DNA from: Takakia lepidozioides | Taxonomy: Eukaryota; Plantae; Bryophyta | Length of the DNA: 64,000 bases | Reading direction: 5' to 3' | Assembly: GCA_030704615.1 (NCBI GenBank) | Contig: CM060733.1 | Coordinates: 30,318,001 to 30,382,000, forward strand | Shown here: in pieces, positions 26,904 through 38,580 of the stretch | Layout of the letters: every line of letters starts with the position of its first letter | Numbering within the stretch: position 1 is the first letter of the stretch | Notes under the pieces: generated by a model | What the model saw: only the letters and a program-made list of their open reading frames with translations | Databases searched by the model: none | Told to the model about the DNA's origin: nothing | Made by a program: the position numbers and the translations under genes

Positions 26904-27146
26904 AGTAGAATGATGAGTACTCAAGATGTGCGAACCTGCAACAATTGCGGTCAAAAGGGACACATAGCGGTCACATGTCCGAACTATGAGTCCATCCTGC
27001 AAGTGTGGATGAAGCAACTTCAGGACTCAGACTTGATGCTTGCACAAATTGCCCTTCATTGCCCATGGGAAGTGCAAAAAACCCATTCGCATCCGGGGTT
27101 GTAAACAATGTAAATTGTGTTTGGGTGATTGGTGCTTAGAACATAG

Positions 27147-27560
27147 GCCAGTCTGCTGCGACCTCAATCTGGTCCAGCAAGTCCGCTGGAGGGGACTGTT
27201 CGCAAGTAATCCGCTGCAAGACTCACGTGCGCCAGTCTGTTGCGACCTCAGTCTGGTCCAGCAAGTCCGCTGGCAGGCAGGTCCGCCGGAGGGGACTGTT
27301 CGCAAGCAGTCCGCTGCAAGATTCACGTGCGCCAGTCTGCTGCTACCTCAGTCTAATCCAACAAGTCCACTGGCAGGCGAGCCCGCCGGATGGGACTGTT
27401 CGCAAGTAGTCCGCTGCAAGACTCACGTGCACCAGTCTGCTGCGACCTCACTCTGGTCCGTTGGCAGGCGAGTCCGTCGGAGGGGACTGTTCGGAAGTCT
27501 GCTGGCAACCCAGTCCGCTCGGGATGCCCTCTGGCCAAGTCCGTTGCAAGACTCACTTAC
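27147..27560. repeat. ~100-bp tandem repeat, ~4 copies
   Basis: (G/A)CCAGTCTGYTGC..CCTCA recurs at 27147, 27231, 27331 and 27431. Confidence 0.85.
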
Positions 27561-29069
27561 GTAAGTCCGCTGCGAGGTCAGCGCGGTCAGGTTTGCTGGT
27601 GGTGTCGTGAGGGCAACACTCATGGCAGGTCAGAGTGGGCGAGTCTGCTGCCTGAATCCGTTGGGCAAGTCCACTGGAACAGACAGGCAAACCAATCAAC
27701 CAGAGAGTCTACTGGGTTAGTGCCCAAGTCCACCGGCGAAGTCCTCTTTGAAGTCTCTCATGGTTCATGCAAGTGGTGGCGACGAAGAGGGTTTGGGAAA
27801 TGCAACAGAGGGCCCTTCCACAGATGACTTCCCCTATGATGCGGAGCCTGTCCTCGTACCATCCTCTATGGATGAAGAATTTGCAGACATACTTCGTATT
27901 GTTGGTGACGACAAATACCTAGAGAAACATGTGTTGTCTTCTCTTCGTATCTGTAGGGGGCAGCTTGTTGATATTCTCGCCAAGAGTACTGCATGAATGT
28001 TGCACCCTGCGGCAGTAAAGAGCTTCCGTCCTCTAAATGACAACAACAATATGTTGTTGAGAATGAAACGGGATTTCGTTGAGGCATGGAAAACGCGACC
28101 CAAGGTCTTACGCAAAATAGGGAAGAGGGTTGGTGCCCCAACACCTGCAACACACATATACTCCAATATCCGGAGGGTTGCAGACCGTATACCAGTTGTA
28201 AAGTAGAGTAGGAAATGGTACTGTATCATTCTCCCGATAAAATAAAATTTTGGCGGTACGATTGCATGTGCACAACCCTTCCAACCTGTCTGCCAACCAG
28301 CCTAGTAAACCAGTCTTCTAACGTCTGAACCAGTATGCTCAACCAGTTTTCTACCGTCTGCACCAGTATGCTCAACCAGTCTTCTGGTGTCTGAACCAGT
28401 CTGCTGTACCAGGCTGGGACTCAGTCTTCGAACAGTCTGTTGTGCCAGCCTTCTCCCGAGTAGACCAGTCTCCTGGTTCTGAACGTGCCTGCACGCAGGT
28501 GACCAGTGAGCCTCATGCAGTCTACCCATCAGACTGGCCATTCTGAGTACGGTGGACTCTCACTTACTCTACTGACCAGACTTGGCAGACTACTGGCCAA
28601 TGCCATCCGCCTGTACTTTACCTGCACTCCGGTGACTCTCGACAGTCTGCTCACCAGTGCAGACTCATGGTTCCCAATCGCATCTGCCAGTCTGCCGGAC
28701 TGGTCCCAACTCCTCAGTCTGTCAGACTCTCGTCAGTCTGGCGACATTGCCCTCTCCTAACGTCTACTCACCAGCCTAGGCATACCCTCTTCCCGTACTC
28801 TGGCAGGTTGCTGACTCTCGGCTATTTGCTGACCAGTGGATTCCCTTGGTATGTTAAACAAAATGATTGTGTGTGCAGGGGTAAGTCCGCTTAACAACAT
28901 GCAGTGAATTGGTCACAAGTCTACAGCGAGTACTCCACACTGCACTCATAATCGACCAATAGGATGTGTATGCAAAGTCATCTTTTATTTCATTGCAAAT
29001 GCTCAAAAGCATGCTTACATGACAAATGCGTCCTATGGTGCATCTCTAATCTCCGGCCCAGATGGATAT

Positions 29070-29465
29070 CTATGAGAATACTGCTTTCTCAGCAGCGGCC
29101 AAACCAGTCAAGCTGTACCTAAGACACTGCATCCGTTGGCCAAGTGCAAACTTGAACGTAAACCAATATTTCGTGAAAGGTACTCCTCTCTCTGCCCTTT
29201 TAGAAGAGGTTTGACTATGCCCAGTTTGTAGCCATTCATAATATCCTTGGATGAAGGACATGATGTAAAACCCGCATTCCCAGCTGAATGGTTGTTGGGG
29301 CACTTCAGGCTGGTTGAACTGAAATGCCCTAACCTCCTCCCAACCCGGTGAATCAACACTGTAGCCTAAACACTCCGCATGCAGCTTTCGTATCCATGAC
29401 AAAACATATGGGCGACCATGCAAGGACTCGATGGAGTTCATATGAATGTAACAACCTTTCCGCAC
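29070..29465 (-). CDS. Ulp1/C48-family SUMO protease C-terminal part (transposon-borne)
   Basis: VPQQPFSWECGFYIM matches the Ulp1 PQQxxxxxCG catalytic Cys motif. Confidence 0.65.
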   Translation of the reverse strand: MRKGCYIHMNSIESLHGRPYVLSWIRKLHAECLGYSVDSPGWEEVRAFQFNQPEVPQQPFSWECGFYIMSFIQGYYEWLQTGHSQTSSKRAERGVPFTKYWFTFKFALGQRMQCLRYSLTGLAAAEKAVFS

Positions 29466-30668
29466 GTCGATGACAACAACACTCCAGTGCCCCCTGCAAG
29501 ATGATTCTCATGAGTCTCACGGCAGCAATCCTCTCAGCAGACCACTCCAACTGCCTCTCCAACAGACTCTACAAACTCACAAGTAGGCTGGGTCCTGGTC
29601 CTAGTACACTCAGCCAACTCAGCAGAGTCACGACTCAGCAGACTCAGAAGACTCATCACTCAACAGACTCGGCAGATTGAGCAGACTCATGAGAGTGGGC
29701 AGACCGAGCACACTGTCCTCATTCAAAAGACTGGGCAGATTTGCCAGACTGAGCAGACTGAACGGACTCAACCAGCGAGAGGTAGGTGTGAACGGAGTGA
29801 CGTCATTCAAAAGACTAGCCCCAGAGAACAGACTGGGTATGCGAGATCTTACTCCTCCACAATCAGAACGATTATATGATGGCAGTCTTTTATGTCGACT
29901 TTGCCGAGCCCAGGGACGCTCCAGCAAGAATGCAGATTGTCCACTAGCCTTTCCCGTGGCCCGTCCCAATATGTCATCACATGAGACCACGTTGAGGCTG
30001 GCAGAAGAGCAACAGTACTTGAGTACTTCTCCTCAACCGTCTTCTCATAGAAACGACACCACAGCTCCAACATTCTATCTGTGTACTCCGACTCCACCGT
30101 CTCAAGTGGCTTCAAGTCCGGAGGCCCGATGGAGCACTCATACCAGGGGTTGTCTTCATAAAAGTGAACCATGCAATGGCCGGCCCCATGTACGCAACGG
30201 TTTGAGCGGACTAACTCCATTCAACAGACTGCCCATACCAAGCGAACTGAGCGGACTGACCAGACTCACCAGACCGAGCGGACTGAGCAGACTCACACTT
30301 CTGAGTAGACTGGAGTGATCAGACTCAGCAGACTGGGAGGACTACTCACTGGTGCATTTGTTGCTGAAGAACCACTTTCTTGTCCGTATCCAATGTCATT
30401 TTGCGGTCCTTGTTCATGAAGACAGCGGACTTGCCTTTCTTCGCAGGTTTCTTGGCAACAGGACCCTCCCAAATTTCCTGAGTCTGCTCCACGACGGTCC
30501 GCTTCTTCGCTCTACTTGTGCCCTGGGATTTGGTGACTACTGTGGCCCGGTTCGATTCAGGAGACTGACGAAGTGATGCGGTCCTGCTTCACAAAATGAC
30601 TGTGTCTACAGGTTTGTTCACACTTGCAGGACCTGTATTGGCAGCCTCACGGGTCGCATGCGTTGAAC

Positions 30669-31745
30669 CACTATAAGAAAAACGCGGAATAACCACTGGC
30701 CCCCTTAACCACTCTTGTCTTTTACCACTTTATAAATCACTCCAAGTAATGGTAACCACTGGCCAGTGATCAATTCTGATGAAATGCCACGGTGGCGTCA
30801 TATGGAGTGGTTGGAAGTGGTTTCAACCACTGAGTAATCCACGTGTAATATTTAATTTTATATTTATTATTCGACATTTGGTCAAATATTTATATTAATA
30901 ATGATAATATCCGACATGGTACAGTGATAAATTATGAGTGGTTAAAGACACCTCAGTGATGGGAAGTGGTTGAAACCACTTTCTACTCCACGTGTAATAA
31001 TTTTTTTTAAAGATTTTTATCATTTCAAAATATATTATTCCACGTGGACGAGGATAATATACGTAGATCTGGAGTGGTTAAAGACCCCCCAGTGATTGGT
31101 ACCACTTGCACAGTGTGGAATGTGAGTGGTTAAGACCCTTTTGTAACTGGAACCACTCTTCAAGTAGGCACTTGTGAGTGGTTACATACACGTGAGTGAT
31201 TGGTACCACTTCTGTGGTGGGTTGTGAGTGGTTGAAGACACTCGAGTGATGGGAGGTGATTGAAACCACTTGCTACTCCACGTGTAATAATTCAATTTTT
31301 ATTTAAGATTTATCATTTCAAAATATATTTTTATTATGAACTATATTATTCCACGTGGACGGGGACAGTATACGTAGATCTGGAGTGGTTAAAGACCCCC
31401 ATTGATTGGTACCACTTTGAGAGTGGTGTAGAGTGAGTGGTTACAGACCATTATCCAAGGAGTGAATTTGGGAACCACTTGGCCAGTGGTTACGCGTGAG
31501 TGATTACATACACACCAGTGATTGGTATTACTTCTGTGGTGATACATGAAAAACTTTAGTGGTTTGTGTGTTGATGGAAAACCCAAAATCCATCCATCTA
31601 TCGCTACATTCATCCATCCAGTCATGAGTAGAAGGGACTTAGCGGTTTTTTTGTCTTCCCTACCACTATGGCATCTGTTTGTTTTCTTTGTGTCGAGTTG
31701 ATCGTGAGAGACAAACATGACAGAGCTGTGTTTGTTCTTATAGTG
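30669..31745. mobile_element. Non-autonomous CACTA-like element
   Basis: CACTATAAGAA at 30669 and TTCTTATAGTG ending at 31745. Dense ACCACT/AGTGGT subterminal motifs and an internal duplication. The 3-bp TSD does not match. Confidence 0.55.
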
Positions 31746-31775
31746 TCGAGTCTGATCATGAGAGACAACGGGCGG

Positions 31776-32256
31776 AGCTAGTGGGATAGGGGCAGACAAG
31801 GACTCAAGACCTAGAATCGGGGCATGAAGATGTGCACGATGGTGGGATAACCGCGATCGCAAGGTGTGGTTTTTTCTCAATGTACAATGACGAGCAGAGC
31901 TGGTGGGATAGGGGGCAGACAGGGACTCAAGACCTAGAATCGAGGCATGAAGGTGTGCACGATGGTGGGACAACCGCAATCGCAAGGTATGGTTTTTTCT
32001 CAATGTACAATGACGAGCGGAGCTGGTGGGATAGGGGGCAGACAGGGACTCAAGCCCTAGAATCGGGGCATGAAGGTATGCACGATGGTGGGACAACCGC
32101 GATCGCAAGGTGTGGCTTTTTCTCAATGTACGATGACGAGTGGAGCTGGTGGGATAGGGGGCAGACAGGGACTCAAGCCCTAGAATCGGGGCATGAAGGC
32201 GTGCACAATGGTGGGACAATCGCGATCGCAAGGTGTGGCTTTTCTCAATGTACGAT
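31776..32256. repeat. 123-bp tandem repeat, ~4 copies
   Basis: AGCT(G/A)GTGGGATAGGGG recurs at ~31776, 31898, 32021 and 32144. Confidence 0.9.
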
Positions 32257-32450
32257 GTGAAGAAGTTTGTCCATCCTGCAAATGCGGGCTCTTGGCTCAT
32301 GTTAGACATACCATGATTTTGTATTATTCCTGATGTTTACAAGGTTCTTGGGAGAGTCAGGTTGGTCTTAGCAGGTCGTGTTTCAAGGTCGTGTTTCAAT
32401 CTCTGCTCGCTCAGCTGCACCGTGGTGGTTCTCATGGACCAATCCGCCAT

Positions 32451-33450
32451 TACCACAGATCATAACTTGTACTACTTCAGAATAGATGGTATGATCATCA
32501 TTCTAGTTCTTTATGTGGATGACTTACTTATCACTGGCAATCACCACAAGAAGATTCAATGGTTGAGAGATTGCATTTGAAAGAAGCATTTGAAATGTCA
32601 GATCTGGGACTTGCTAGTTTGTACTTGGCGGCTGAGTTATTGCATCTAGAAAGAGGAATACTGATGACACAGAGGACATATGCGAAGAAGATGATTGAGG
32701 AATTCGGTCTTTGGGATGCCAATCCTGCCACTGTGCCCATGATTGAAGGACTGAAATTGTCATTGGATATGGGATCACCTGCTACCGAACCAGCTGTGTA
32801 TCGTAGGATGGTAGGGAAGCTCGTGTACCTAACGAATACAAGACCGGACTTGATGTTTTCTGTCTCCATAGTCAGCAAGTTTTTGTCGGCTCCACAACAA
32901 GCCCATCTCGATGCAGTTAAGCAAGTGATGAAGTATCTAAGAAGAACACTGGACTACGGACTATTCTTTCGCAACGGAGATGAGAGCATTCTAAATGCAT
33001 TCACTGATCCAGATTGGGCAGGAGACAATGATTCGAGGCACTCCACATCAGGTTACGTGGCTCGATTAGGGGAGAGTGCAATAACCTGGATGTCGAAGAA
33101 GCAACCAACTGTTGCTTTATCATCAACCGAGGCGGAATATCGTGCTTTGACAGAGGGAGCCAAAGAGATTACTTGGCCGAGGAGACTAGCTGAAGAATTG
33201 GGCATTTTGGAGGTTGGACCTACTGCTCTCTTTTGTGATAATCAAAGCAGTGCAAAGATTGCAAAGAATCTAGTTTTCATGCCAGGACAAAGCACATTGA
33301 GGTACATCACCACTATATTAGAGAGAAAGTCGAGAGTGGTGAAATTGACCTCATCCATGTTCCAACGCAAGACCAGATTGCAGACATACTCACCAAACCA
33401 CTCGGCAAAATCAAATTTGAGAAGTTCAGGAAAGATCTTGGAGTTCACAG
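32451..33450 (+). pseudogene. Copia RT (C-terminal) / RNase H
   Basis: ORFs 32362..32580 and 32559..33500, with frameshifts. Confidence 0.9.
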
Positions 33451-33590
33451 CTTGTGCACCATTCAAGAGTGAGGGCATCAACTGCTTCGAAATTTTCTAA
33501 CCGGAGCTTCCCTTAGCCAATTAGTTTGCAACATTGTCAACAGATAGAAGAGCTATTGTGGTGGTTTGAGGATTGAGGGAGGGTGTTAGC

Positions 33591-34333
33591 GGGTGAATGC
33601 AGGGTTGACTGGACCAAAATGGACGTTACCAGTACAGTTTTAGATGACTGCAATTGATGGTGTCATCAATTGAAATTGAATTAACTCATTAAAACCAGCA
33701 AATATATATGTCATTGGATTCCTAGCTTCAATACGCACCCATAGCAACTCTCCAATCATGAATCCGATAAGAAATGACTCCGCTATGGACTTTTGAACAC
33801 CGTCATTTTGGACTGTTACCGCAATGACTGGAATTACAATGGACTCAAGTTCTCATATGTGCCATTGGTGAATTCCATTGAAATTTGGACATAAGGTGGC
33901 CATTTTGGTCCACATCATAGGTATGTATTTGAAGTGGCAAAATCATTTGTCATTTGACTCATATGGACTAATATATGTAAAACAAATAGGCGTTTTTTGA
34001 AAAGTCCATAGTTCATCTTGTTTTTTGGATTTTGGGTGTCATTTGTTTTCTAAAAGTATAAAAACCTATAATCTTCAATGGCTAGGTGTCATATTGAAAT
34101 GTTTTTGTAAACTTTAATTTTTAGTTTTTCATAATTTCTCTAAATAATAGATTAAAATGTTTAATGAATTATATCTTTAATATTTGGGGTAGGATTCTTT
34201 ACTAAATATGTTCAATATACCATTATCTATCATTAAATTTTTTTGGGATAGTATCATCAACTTTTGTTTTTTGGTCGTGGACTTTCATGAGCAGGATATG
34301 CCGTTTTTGGTCCATTCAACCCTGCAACTGCCC
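33591..34333. mobile_element. MITE with GGG...CCC termini and 4-bp TSD, inserted in the Copia 3'LTR
   Basis: TIR core TGCAGGGTTGA.TGGACCAAAA. TAGC duplicated on both sides relative to the uninterrupted 5'LTR (TGTTAGCTTT). Confidence 0.8.
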
Positions 34334-35291
34334 TAGCTTTATGTTGAAGATAGGCTTTGCTAATTCTAGTAGATCAGTCCTCCCTTAAGTATCGGAGCTT
34401 TATGGCACCGAAACTGTTCTGTTTCTATCCCATAGTTAGATTACTTTGCCTTCATGGTTGTTGACTTTGGGCCATGGTCATGTAGTTAAATAGGTTAGTT
34501 CATGCTCTCTTTGTATTCAGGTCCAATGGATCCTTTGGAATAGTACTTGTGAGTTCAATAGAACTAGCTCCTCATATGATACAACATGACCCACCACTAA
34601 ACCATGCCTCCACCATGCATGACTGAAACCAGTATGTTGGAAAAGGAGGAAATGTGTATTTTAAGTAATCAGTGAAGCCTGCAGTCTAAGTATGGGCTTG
34701 CGACTTTGAAGAATTGTACGTGGGCGCAGGTGTTCATGCAGATCTTTCCCAAGAGTTTCTGAAGAGGGACTGGTGCAGTTCGGTGAATCTGATGTAATCA
34801 CCGAGTAGTTGCAGCTTAGGCAGAGGCTGGGTAGACAGCAAAGCCAGCTAGGCAAGACAAGCTTAAGTTATGCTAGCCTAGACTAGGAAGGCTAGTACCT
34901 GTTGACTCCTTATATTATGGGAAGCTGAACTGATGTGTATTGCAGATAAATAAGGAGTTGAACCGGCAGGATGTTGTGATTTGTATGGTCGAGATCAGGA
35001 GTTCCCAAGATTAGAAAAAGCTCCAGCTTCAGTTCTCCCCAGAGGCCAACTGGGGAGAACTTGGGCAATAGAAGCGAGACAAGCTTCTAGAGCAGTGCAA
35101 ATTAGTTGCCTGGATACTAGGGCGCACACAGACTGTAATCGACGGTGATGTCGATATTGGACAAAAGCTTGTGTTCTCTTCGAAACAAAGATTAGTTTCA
35201 CAGCTCTTGTCACAGTCCGGATCTTTGACAACGTGGACGCTACAAACTTAGTGCTAATCTACGGAGATCAGCTTCAGTCCTAGGTTACAAT

Positions 35292-37559
35292 ATGGTAGCC
35301 CCCATAGAAGACAATGGCAGTAATGGTGTAGCTCAGGAGATTTTACCTCCAAGAAAAAGAGTACCTAACCAGGGATTTCTTTCTCAACGCAGGCCTGTGA
35401 CAGACCTGGAGAAGAGGAGGGCTCTGGAAAAAGCAAATGAACATGCCTTGCACCTTCCCAATCCCAACATTGTGCTAGTGATGACCAAGTCGTACGTTTA
35501 CTACGGATTCTTGCTGGTAAATTGCTGACCCTGTTAGACCTATAAGGATATGACAATGTCTCTGAGCGAATTGTCATTGACGGCTCTAGGTCGTCAAATA
35601 AATAAACGTTCACAGCCTGGACCAGGATCTCACAGTACAGCTGTGGGATAGAGGAAAGCAAGAACAAGAAGAAATTACCTCCACAGCAGACAAGGCCTAT
35701 GAGACATATTTGCTACAATATTCAGTACTACTTAGCATTCCAGGAATGCCCCTCAGGAGTTCTCTTATGAGCTCCTATAAAGAATGCACTCCCATAAGCT
35801 ATAGACAATTGATCCGAGTTTTCCAGCTATCCTCTAGAATTCCCTTCACACAAGCAACAATCTTCTGTGTGTGATTCGCCCACTAACTAGACCCCAAAAG
35901 GGCCTGGATTTTGGCTCAGCCTCGAGATTTTCAAAGTTGGTAAACAGAGGTTCAGGAACAAATCCCTTGATGGATTTGAAGAGGGTGTCTCTCTGGTGAG
36001 AGTACCCAGGAAAATGAATCAGGTAAGTGGATATTTTCTTCAGGTTGCCCAACCAACGGGTACTTACAGTCCGCCTTTCCTCTCCGCGTCTGTTTGCTGT
36101 TCAAAGGTAGGCTACCCGCCCTGAGTTTGAATTTCAATCCTATTTCAATCTAGTACCGAGAGTGGGTAAACGCTTGAGATCATCCATGATGGCCTCACCC
36201 ATGTAACAGACTGGAAACAGGTTCACCTGGGGAAGTTTTTCTGGCTAACTTCATTTCCATGATCAGACAATTTCCTGGCAGAAGACATGACTTCGGAAAC
36301 TTCAGCCTCTAAGTCAGATCTATCCAGCAGGGTCATGGCAAAGAAGTGAGCACTAGCAATAGGCTTGGGAGGTCCTCATCCACGGACTCTTCGCATACGA
36401 CATTGACCCGATGGAAACATGACTCCTAGAGATGGTTGTGGAATGAAATTCAGCCCCAACAGCCCGCATATAGACAGGCAATCAGAGACAACAAAATTCA
36501 ACTTAAGACCCTAAGGAATTGATGTGATGCAGGCACTACCTAGAAAATTTGTCAAAGAATGGCTGCCCTCGCAAAAGACGCCAATGACATTACTAGATGC
36601 TGCTGGGAAGAATTACACGGTCACATATATTCATAGTACTAGAATTAAAGGTGCATTCAGTGGGGGCTGGAAAGGTTTCGCGGCCGACCATAAGCTGGAG
36701 GACGGAGATGTGTGCGTGTTTGAGATGATCGAGAGAACGTACTTCGCATTTCAAGTTCACATTTTCAGGGTGGTGGATGGGGATATTGAGACTCCAGCAA
36801 AGGGAGATGGAGGGGCGGTGGCCATTACAACGAGACAGCTACCGTCAGAATACTCCAAAAGAAACAATCCCACTTGCATTGTGGCGAAGCGCTACTTTCG
36901 TGCTGCATACCCTTCATGTGGAACTGGCGACGCACCGCCTGCCTGCGTTACCTGTAGACCTGCTGTACTATTCATCGCTAAGATGTCTGGATATTTTGCT
37001 GGATGTAGGACCGCTACAAGAAATTTCCCAGTACCATATATGTGAGGGGAAGTCAACTTGCCACCAAGCCAACTACAAGCACAATCGCCCAGAGAAATGG
37101 CCCCCCTTCCATGATGGGGGGGGGCGATCCTCCACTTTTCTCTTTACACCTGCACTATTGCTATAGTTCATCACTACACTCTTGAACTTTTCCTTTTTGG
37201 GTATGGGCCCACTCCTTGAAATCTTCCCACACCGGATACGGTAGGTGGAAGATCGGCGCCCTGAACACATCTTTCTTGAACTTATCTCTACAAATTGCGT
37301 GCGTGAACTTCCAGTGAGTGAACAACCTGAGGTATATGGCAGTGAACAAATATCAATAATGTTGAACAATTTCGTGTATTCAATTACGTTTCTCAAATTA
37401 TGTACTTTTAGTATGAAAGTATATTCACTGGGTGAGACGCCAAGAGCGTATTGTATATCCCGCTCTCTTGGAAGATTTATCATGCAGCTAATAAAGAGAG
37501 TAGCTAGGAAGAGACCTAACGAGATAGTTCGTGACCTGATCCGCTTGAAGAAGCCTTAG
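35292..37559 (+). CDS. B3 DNA-binding domain protein (REM-like); spliced, 3' part uncertain or frameshifted
   Basis: Exon 35292-35516 (..VMTKSYVYYGFLL) splices in phase 0 to 36533 (ALPRKFV...FSGGWKGFAADHKLEDGDVCVFEM...VHIFRV), giving a complete B3 domain. Confidence 0.8.
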
Positions 37560-38392
37560 CAGCAGCCGACTGTGCCATGCTCCCTTTCTGTACAGTCCCA
37601 GTGGCACGGGCCTGTTCCGACCGCATCCTGGCGGCTGCAGCGGCCTGCGGATTGTATTCTGGAAGCCGCATCCTGCGTCATTGGGCTTTTGTCCCCACCT
37701 GCCCAGAAATAACAAATTAGGCTTGTAATTCTGTAGGCTGAGAGCACCAAAACTGGACTTCTGCATAAAAGGGGGGCCACTAGCTTATAGAGCTCCGATT
37801 TACCTCCACAGCTAGCTGTTAGTTTCAACAAAACAATCCGAGGTCAGACAGTTATAGTTAAAACGCAGTCAACGCTAGAAGTTTATCCATCAGAGCCTAA
37901 TTGGACTGTGCAATCGAGAGGCAATCGATCGGCCTTTTCCACGCTTGCTTACTGAATGTCTGACTCGATACTTGCATGCATGTTATATTACATACTAGAT
38001 AATATCTTGACAAGTTGGGTTGATTTCTTCTGAATTCATTTGGCTTCTCGTGGATCCCCTGTGATAAGATCAAGCTCCTTGGATCGGAGCCTTGCAAGCT
38101 TTGCATGACTGCCACACTTCATCCTATCAGTTAAGATTCAAGAAAATTCGGAAGAAGTATGAGGATTCCAACCTCCCATATCCTGCTAGATTCAGTGAAT
38201 TTTGCTGTACATACAGATGGCTTCACGAACCGCCCACACTTATACTGCAGCCCTTCCGTTTCTCAAAACTTAGGAATTCAGAAAACGAACTGTTTGTACG
38301 GACAACAGAACTAGAATATGGATCTCTTTCTCCCACACAAAGCGACAAAACTCAATCTTCCCCGATGTAAACATAGATCACAGCAATCAATT

Positions 38393-38580
38393 TGACAATT
38401 CATTAAATTCTGGAAAACCACCACTGGGCGTGTGGTCGGGCTAGGGGTTGAACCTAGGATCTCTCCCGTTCCGGTGGGGTGCTCTACCACTAAGCTACCT
38501 GTCCCGTTCTATCTTCAAAGTGTCGTGCAAGGGCTATAACCTTGACACTCCAACACTCCCCTCTCAAGGCATAGCCCTTA
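38393..38580 (-). mobile_element. Short LTR (~163 bp) preceded by a PPT and containing a tRNA-like sequence
   Basis: Minus strand: TTGAGAGGGGAG PPT, then TGTTGG...TGTCA (38555-38393). Internal A box TAGCTTAGTGG and B box GGTTCAACCC. Confidence 0.6.

Larger units (their letters stand above)
18070..30660. mobile_element. Second MULE (transposase + Ulp1 protease), interrupted by a hAT MITE and a Gypsy; boundaries approximate
   Basis: CAATAC-rich left end, CCAGTC-rich tracts throughout, transposase 19570-20755, CCHC knuckle at ~26935, Ulp1-like ORF on the minus strand. Confidence 0.5.
32451..34560 (+). mobile_element. Ty1/Copia element, 3' half (RT C-terminus, RNase H, PPT, 3'LTR)
   Basis: LYVDDLL, TRPDL, DPDWAG, SSTEAEY motifs. 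PPT 33571-33583. LTR 33584-34560 is homologous to the reverse complement of 16584-16725. Confidence 0.9.

Noticed and set aside
31389-32309. 306-aa repetitive ORF
   Set aside because: Arises from the 123-bp (41-codon) tandem repeat; no domain or other coding support.
38433-38506. Functional tRNA gene
   Set aside because: Acceptor and anticodon stems pair poorly, and the sequence is embedded in an LTR-like context.
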